Positions 55,768-64,000 of a stretch of DNA of 64,000 nt are shown piece by piece (the first letter of the stretch is position 1; each line of letters starts with the position of its first letter). The position numbers and the translations under genes were made by a program. Below the pieces are notes generated by a model. The model was not told the origin of the DNA and did no database searches. It saw only the letters and a list, made by a program, of their open reading frames with translations. The DNA is from Octopus sinensis. Its lineage: Eukaryota. The stretch lies in contig NC_043000.1 in NCBI RefSeq assembly GCF_006345805.1, positions 806,001 through 870,000 on the forward strand, in the 5' to 3' direction.

Positions 55768-55994
55768 TATTTCTTTACTGCCCACAAGCGGCTAAACATA
55801 GAGGGGACAAACAAGGAAAGACAAACGGATTAAGTCGATTATATCGACCCCAGTGCGTAACTGGTACTTATTTAATCGACCCCGAAAGGATGAAAGGCAA
55901 AGTCGACCTCGGTGGAATTTGAACTCAGAACGTAAGGGCAGACGAAATACCGCTAAGCACTTCGCCCGGCGTGCTAACGTTTCTGCCAGCTCGC
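55768..55994 (-). mobile_element. Family C SINE with 16-bp target-site duplication
   Basis: tggaaaatgcagttct at 55752-55767 and 55995-56010. Confidence 0.92.
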
Positions 55995-57115
55995 TGGAAA
56001 ATGCAGTTCTGCTACACAACTGGTATGTCTTTGATCACAGGTATGCTTGATTGAAGCTGACCACGGGCTAAACCACAACAAGAACAGTAACAACAAAAAC
56101 AGCCCCAATAATACTTGCAATAACAACACTATCAGTGCCACCATACAATTTTCCAATTCTATCGATTTTTGACTGTCATCTGTAGGAAAAATGCAAATAC
56201 CATGAACACAATAATCTCATCCTTTCCGAACCAATCAAACCGAGAAGACCTCCAATATAAATACAACCATGACTGCGACTGCTAAGTTCCATCATCACCA
56301 CGGTAATCATTAGCATCATCGTCGTCGTCACTACCATTATCACTGCCACCACCACCACCACCACCACCATAACCATCACCACCACCACCACCACTACCAT
56401 CACCACCACCATAACCATCACCACCACCACCACCACCAGTATCATCACCACCACCACCACCACCATCATCAACACCACCACCACTCTCACCATTATCATC
56501 ATCATCATTATCATCATCACCACCACCACCACCACCACCATGATCATCATCATCACCACCACTACCACCACTACCACCATCATCATCACCACCACCACTA
56601 CTACCACTACCACAACCACTACCACCACTACCACGACCAACACCACCATCATCATCACTGTCATCATTACCATCACCAACATCATTACCAGGGTGTGACT
56701 TGAGAGAAATTTGCCTCTAATTTCTAGCAGGTCCTGCATTGACTCGGGTTCCTGTTGTTCGCGTTCTTTGTCTTTATCTCACCTCTCTCATAAATTTTAG
56801 TTTTCTGCTCAGCTATCAAGACTTGTTTAGTCCTACTGCGTGACACCTTGGGCAAGTGTCTCCTACATTAGCCTCGGGCCGACCAAAGCCTTGTGAGTGG
56901 ATTTGTTCGATTTGCTCGACTAAAGGCGGTGCTCCAGCATGGCCACAGTCACGTGACTGAAACAAGTAAAAGAGTAAAAGAGTAAAAGAACCTTCTTCGT
57001 CAAACAACTGACAAGCAAACCTTTTGTATTGAACAGAATATTTGCTGTAGCCCAACTTTTATATCAAGATGTACATGATAATACTTCCAATCAGTTAAGA
57101 CCAGAGTTATTATTA

Positions 57116-57176
<61 letters not shown>

Positions 57177-57180
<4 letters not shown>

Positions 57181-57501
57181 TAGTTTTATTTTTATAGCGT
57201 GCTTTCACTTCACTACCGAGCGCAGCTCTGTGTGCCTTGGGTACGTGCTGTGATTTGTTGTGATGCTCTGATGGTTATTGTATGGAAAGTGTTCTGCGTA
57301 GGATGTGTGCAGTGCCTAGTAGTGCAATTTTCTGTATGTTATATGTGTTTGTAAGTCCTGGTGTTTTTGTTATGTATTTGTCTGAATATTTTTTTATCAT
57401 GCCTAATGCACCTACTATGATAGGAATTGTTTCTGTTTTTAGATTCCACATTCTAGTTACCTCTATTTCCAGGTCTTTGTATTTTGAGAGTTTCTCCATT
57501 T

Positions 57502-57503
<2 letters not shown>
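57177..57503 (-). mobile_element. R4/Dong-like 3' end inserted in (TAA)n
   Basis: EKLSKYKDLEIEVTRMWNLKTETIPIIVGALG...QKIALLGTAHILRRTL*, short 3' UTR, (TAA)n on both sides. Confidence 0.9.
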
Positions 57504-57569
<66 letters not shown>

Positions 57570-57574
57570 CATCC

Positions 57575-57633
<59 letters not shown>

Positions 57634-57815
57634 GTCAGCATCATTCTTATGATATAATTATTCAGCTTTTGGTAGTTTCAGGCAAATTTCTACCGAAACA
57701 CCAGCTACACATCCGTGTTGCTGGGTGTGTGCACCACCTTGTCTGTTCTTTTCTTTAGTTGGGAATGTACAAAACTCTCCCAGCTATTGTACTAGGTCAG
57801 TTTTTATGTTATTAC

Positions 57816-57872
<57 letters not shown>

Positions 57873-57883
57873 CATTATTATTA

Positions 57884-57918
<35 letters not shown>

Positions 57919-58053
57919 CATCACTATCATCATCATCGAGACCACCACCACCATAACCGCCACCACTCCACACCACCACCACCACCACCACCACTACCAC
58001 CACCACTACTACTACTTCTACTACTACTGCTGCTGCTGCTGCTACTACTACTA

Positions 58054-58088
<35 letters not shown>

Positions 58089-58107
58089 ACTACTACTACT
58101 ACTACTC

Positions 58108-58148
<41 letters not shown>

Positions 58149-58374
58149 ACTACTACTACTACTGTTTCTTCTACAACAAATCAGGTTGGCTGAATTGTAA
58201 GAGCGTCGAACAAAATACCTTACGGCATTTCTACCGGTTCTTTATTGAGTCAGCATTGGGTTTCATCCCACCATGATGGATGAGATATAGTAGAAATCAA
58301 ATATTGGAGTCGAAAGTATCAACTTTCAAAATGGTTACCCTTGTGTCTAAGTCAGAAAAAAAAATTATTACTGT

Positions 58375-58544
58375 AGGAGTGGTTGTGTGGTAAGTAGCTT
58401 GCTTCCCAAGCACATGGTTCCGGGTTCAGTCCCACTGCGTGGCACCTTGGGCAAGTGTGTTCTACTATAGCCTCGGGCCGATCAAAGCCTTGTGAGTGTG
58501 TTTGTTAGACGGAAACTGAAAGAAGCCCATCGTATATATGTATG

Positions 58545-58614
<70 letters not shown>

Positions 58615-58860
58615 ATGTATTTATATATGTATGTATGTGCGTGTATATGTCTGTGTGTCTGTGTTTGTCTCCCCAACATCACTTGACAACTGATGCTGGT
58701 GTATTTACGTCTCCGTAACCTAGCGGTTCGGCGAAAGAGACCGCTAGAATAAGTACTAGGCTTACAAAGAATAAGTCCTGGGGACGATTTGCTCGTCTAA
58801 AGAAGGCGGTGCTCCAGCATACCCACAGTCAAATGACTGAAACAAGTAAAAGAATAAATA
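58375..58860 (+). mobile_element. SINE family B
   Basis: Homology to 39320-39720; expanded internal (TA)n. Confidence 0.9.
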
Positions 58861-59182
58861 GAGTATATTATAGAGCTGTGAAGTAAAAGAATCTTAGAGC
58901 ATTCGTAAAAAAAAAGGCTTTGCACTAATTCTTCCGGTTCTTTACATTGCGAGCTGAAATCCCACCGAGAAAACTTTGCCTTTCAGATCTCCAAGGTCAA
59001 TATAACAAAGTACCAGTCATGCACTGGAGCCGAAGTTATCGATTAACACTTAATATTCGACATTGCTGATTTAAATTAGGAAAAAAAGAATTAAGCTTTT
59101 TTGGTCAATTAAGAAAATAGTATTGTTGGTGTTCTTACTGCCATTTGATGTAGTAGCAGTAGCAGAAGTAGTAGTAGTAGTG

Positions 59183-59269
<87 letters not shown>

Positions 59270-60257
59270 ATAGTAGAAGTAGAAAGCGATTCATACATAC
59301 CACATACATATATTTCCATATATGTATATATGTATATATGTACACACACACATATATACACACACATATAAACATACACACATATGTGTATATATATATA
59401 GATACGCATATATATATATATGCCTATATATATATACGTATATATACATACATTTATATACATATACATATATATATATATACATGTATATATAAACATA
59501 TATATGTATATATGTATATACACACTCACACATAAACACACACACACATATATATATAATGTATGACGTAACAAGAAAGAAGGGAGAAAACGAAAAACAA
59601 AAAGAAAAATAGACAGAGAGGGTGAGGTGAGAAAGGGAAAAACAGAAGTGTGGGACCAAAGGAGAGAGATCGGGGAGGAAGAGGGAAGAGAGAGGAAGAC
59701 AGAGGAAAGAAGGGAGAGAGAGTGATGGGGAAAAAGTGAGAGATATCGGTAAATGATAACGGGGGATGGACGTGGTGTTCCTTTTGTCATAGAGTATTTA
59801 TAAGGAAATAGTAAAAATGTGTGACCAACGCATCATTCTGGCTGATATTACCATAGCAACGTTATCTGATTAAATATCGATAGCTACAGTGATGACGTAG
59901 GTCTTTGTTTTACACAAAAGATACAATTGCATGCATTGGGTTGGAAGGGAGGGACAGTGCCCATAACACTGCCTAAAGTATAACATATACGGCGGCCATT
60001 TTGTTTACATTGACAAACACACAGACGTTCACTTATATGCAAGTAGATATTCTTTTACGCATGCGTGTACGGGAACATATAACTATATATTACGTATATG
60101 CATGTACATACATAATATCTATAATATATATTATATATATATATATATATATAATATATATTAAAATAATCCAAACGGGAAAACAGAAAAACAACAACAC
60201 GTGGAACAATTAAAGTATTATTATTATTAGGCGCTCAGGAAAAATGGAAGAAGGAGG

Positions 60258-60295
60258 GTATGACGTTTCGAGCGGAGCTCTTCGTCGGAAACATA
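60258..60295 (-). ncRNA. Minimal hammerhead motif at a Penelope 3' terminus
   Basis: CCGACGA a GAGC tcc GCTC GAAAC GTC; same strand as, and downstream of, the Penelope ORF. Confidence 0.65.
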
Positions 60296-60489
60296 AGAGA
60301 AGGAAGAAAGAAGAAAGAAGGAAAGATCCCGAAGCGGGCGAACGGAGGGAAAAAAAACGCGACTGGTTTTTACGAAGTAAACATGCTGAAAGGCCGGAAG
60401 TTTTGGATAACAAGGGCAAGGTTGGTTTTTAAAGACAGAAGAGCGGAAAAAGGAAGGTTGGTAACAACTCGATGAATGGGAAGAATAAT

Positions 60490-63155
60490 GTGTATGTGTG
60501 AGTGTGTACGTGTGCGTGTGTGTATGTGTGTGTGAGGCGAGATAAAAAAATATATAAGTATATGTTAGTGCGTGCGTCTGTATGTAAGTGTGTGTACGTA
60601 GGGCGAAAAGTAGTTGACATAGCAGTCTCAAGTGAGTGGTCAGTGGTAAAAAGGAGGAAGGAGGGAATGGGTGGGGGCGTATGTAACGTGCCAGTGTGTG
60701 TGTTGAGTGGTAGTATGTGTGTGTCCAGTGTGCGTAGTTGTATGTTTGGCAAGTAAATTTGAAGTGTGTGTAAGTGTAATGTATATATATATATGCAAAT
60801 ATGTGTGTGTGAGTGCGTGGGAGTGGATGTATGTATGTGTGTGCGTGTGTGTACAAAAGGGGGGGTATTAAGGAAACAAACTGCAACTGAGGGAAAGATG
60901 GAAGAGTGCTCCCACAGTGACAGGCGTAGGAGAAACCCAAAGACACGCGCCGGCCCCAGATACGAACAGGAGATCTAGTCGGTACCCACGGGCGTGGTGC
61001 ATGCATGCGTGTATGTGCGCGCGCCTGCGAGTGTGTGTGTAAGTATGTGTGTGTGTGGATGTGTGAGTGTGTCTGTGTGTATGTCTGGGTGTCAGTGTGT
61101 CCGATGAATGTATGTAAGTATGTGTGTGTATATGTGTGTGTATAGATGTATGTCCGTGTGTATGTGTGTGTGTATGTGTATGAGTGTGTATGTATGTACG
61201 TGTGTGTGGGTGGAAGTGTGTGTATGTGCATGTGTGTGCGCGTGCATGCAGGTGTGTGAGTGAGTGTGTGTGTGTGTATGTATGTGTGAGTGTGTATGTC
61301 TGTGTGTATAGGATGCATGTATGTGTATGGGTGTATGTATGTGTGTGTGTATGTATGTATGTGTACGTGCGTGTGTGTGTGTGTGTGTATGCATGTATGC
61401 ATGTATGCGTACATGCGTGTAGGTGTGCGCGTGTGCATGCATGCATGCATGTGCGTATGTATGTGTGTGTATGTGTGCATGTGTGTAGGTATATATGTAT
61501 GTGCGTATATGTGTGTGTATGTGCGTACATGTGTGTGTGCGCATGTGTGTGTATGTAGGTGTGTAGGCGTGTGTGTATAGGTGTATGTATGTACGTATGT
61601 ATGGGTGTGTCCGTGTATGCATGCGTGTGTATGTAGGTGTGTAGGCGTGTGTGTATAGGTGTGTATGTATGTATGTATGGGTGTGTCCGTGTATGTTTGT
61701 GTGTGTGTGTATGCATGTGTATGTAGGTGTGTGTGTACGTATGTAATATATGTATGTATGCGTGTGTGTGCGTGTGTATGCGTGTGTGTGTGTATGTAGG
61801 TGCGTATGTATGTGTGTGGGTGTGTGTGTGCGTGTATGTGTGCGTGTGCGTGTATATGTTGGTGTGTGTGTATGTGAGTGTGAGTGTATGGGTGTTTGTC
61901 ATGCATGTGTGTGCGCGTGCAGGCGAGTGTGTGTATAAGTATGTGTGTGTGTATGTATGTGTGAGTGTGTATGTGTGTATGTCTGTATGTATGTATGTGC
62001 GTATAGGAGTATGTAAGTATGTGTGTGTGTATGTGTATGGGTGTATGTATGTATGTATGTATGTGTGTGTGTGCATGTGTGTAAGTATATGTGTGTGTGC
62101 GTATGTATGTGTATGTGTGTGTGTTTATGTATGTGTGTATGTATGTGTGTAGGCGTGTGTGTATAGGTGTATGTATGTATGGGTGTGTGTCTGTGTGTGT
62201 GTAGGTATGTGTGTATGTATGAGTGAAGGTATGGCTGTGTAGGTGTGTGTGTGTATGAATGTATGTGTGTGTACAAGTGTAATGTATGTATGTAGGTGTG
62301 TGTGTGTGTGTGTGTGTATGTGTGCGTGTGCGTGTATATGTGTGTGTGTGTATGCGTGTGAGTGTGAGTGTATGGGTGTATGTCTGTGTGTGTGTATGTC
62401 TGAAATAGGTATGTGTGTGTATGTATGTATGTGTGTGCGGGTATGTGTGTGTGTGTATGTGTGTGTGTATGTGTGTGTGTGAGTAGGTGTGCGTGTATGT
62501 ATGTGGGTAGGGATGCATGCGTGTGTGTGGGTATGTATGCATACATACGCACGCACACACACGAAACACGCCCACACACACGAAGCACGCTCACACACAC
62601 AACACACAAACAATACAACGCAAGCCCATGGGGCCGACCAACCCCAGCACGCGCCAGGGCGCGCGCGCGCGCGGGCCCCCGAACAACCCGCTCCACGGGA
62701 ACCGAGGATCCATCAACCAAAACCAGAAGGCAGAAATGAGGAGTGGGCTGCCTGGATGCAAATGGGTGTATGTCTGTGTGCATTCGTGTCAAGGTGTGCA
62801 TGTGTAGGTATGTATGTATGTATGTGTGTGTGTGCATACATGTATGTGTGCATGTGTGTGTGTGTATGTAAGTATAGGTGTGTGAAGTATGTATGTGCGA
62901 TGTGTGTGTGTGTGTGTATGTATGTGCGTATGTATGTGTGTATGTATGTATGTATGTCTGTGTGTGTGTGTGTGTGTAAGTATGTATGTGTGTGTGCATG
63001 TATGTATGTGTGTATGTATGTGCATGTTGGTTTGTATGTTAGTGTGTGCATGTATGTCTATAAGTATGTGTGATTAAATGTGTGAATGTACGTAGATGTG
63101 TATACGTATGTGTGTGTGTGAACAGGCGTGTGGGAGGTAGGTAGGCGTGTGTGTG
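60490..63155 (+). repeat. Degenerate (GT)/(GTAT)-rich array with internal duplications and unique islands
   Basis: Directly visible. Confidence 0.9.
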
Positions 63156-63182
63156 GGGGGGGGTTATCCAAAAAAAAAAACC

Positions 63183-64000
63183 TTAAGAGGAGGGGGCTGT
63201 GTTAAGTCCGTGTGGGGTAGTGGTTTGTAGGGTGAAGATGTAGCGTTCCTCCAAGTGGAGCCTAGAAAGTGGACAACCATTGTGGGGGGTGAGACCAAAC
63301 ACTGAGATGTCATCTAGGGAATGGCTGGCCGAGCGGAAGTGGCGTGCGACGGGAGAAAAAGAGTGTAGGCGAACGTCACTCAAATGTTCTGTGAATCGGT
63401 CGGACAACCGGCGTCCCGTCTGTCCTACATACAGCATCCCGCATAGGTTGCATTTAATGCAGTATATGAGTCCAGACGAGGTGCACGTAAAAGAGTGCCT
63501 AATACGTACAGTTCGCCGGTTGGAGCCGGTGACAGCAGTGGTGTTGGTGATGAAGGGGCAAGTGTTGCAGCGGGATCTGGAGCAAGGGAATGATTCGTGT
63601 GGGGCTGAGGGGGAAGGCGAGAGGGTGCAGTAGACCAGGAGGTCACGTAGATTCCGGGCTCGTTTGAAGGAGGACAGGGGTGGGTTAGGGAAAATGGGGC
63701 GGGTTGTGGGATCAAGCTGGAGGCGACGGAAGGCACGTAGTATCTTGCGACGAAGGGGTAGAGTAGAGGGGTGGAAAAGGAGGGGGAAGGGGTGCGGTTG
63801 GGGGTGGGGGGTTGAAGGAGACAGGGCAGTGGTGCGGTCGATGCGACGGGCGCGGGTGAGGGCATTAGAGATGAGTATGGGTGGGTAACCTCGGAGTCTG
63901 AACAGGCGGGCCAGGTATTGAGATTGTGTCTCGAAATCCTGGTCGCGGCTGCACAAACGTCGGAGGCGGAGGAACTGGGAGTAGGGGATGGCTCGTTTGG
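63183..64000 (-). mobile_element. Penelope-like element: RT thumb, linker and GIY-YIG endonuclease; ORF continues beyond the window
   Basis: KRAIPYSQFLRLRRLCS...RGYP...RNLRDLLV...C..SRCNTC...CTSSGLIYCIKCNLCGMLYVGQTGRRLSDRFTEH...PHGLN; open frame. Confidence 0.95.

Noticed and set aside
60227-62999. 784-aa and other long His/Thr/Tyr-rich ORFs
   Set aside because: Translations of (CA)/(CATA) repeats, which lack stop codons; no domain or splice evidence.

Overview
Eukaryotic, AT-rich, microsatellite-saturated genomic DNA whose repeat content looks like an octopus (cephalopod) genome; the organism is inferred from SINE/LINE types, not proven. The only host-gene signal is two + strand exons of a divergent calmodulin-like gene: 31 nt at 23210-23240 and 144 nt at 52934-53077. 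They match the sizes and phases of canonical calmodulin exons 2 and 3 and are separated by a 29,693-nt intron. The rest is mobile DNA: CR1/L2-group LINEs, an RTE 3' end, R4/Dong-like RLE retrotransposons in (TAA)n, Penelope-like elements (GIY-YIG), three tRNA-derived SINE families, Tc1/mariner remnants, MITEs and a Helitron end. The most notable unannotated structures are: (1) at least six hammerhead-ribozyme-like motifs in Penelope-type termini, mostly antisense to the gene and two sitting at inversion junctions; (2) a ~800-bp fold-back palindrome; (3) inverted SINEs flanking the symmetric calmodulin exon; (4) a covarying 3' RNA structure shared by a SINE family and a LINE family. Nearly all listed ORFs are microsatellite artefacts. 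Repeat boundaries were set by eye and are approximate.
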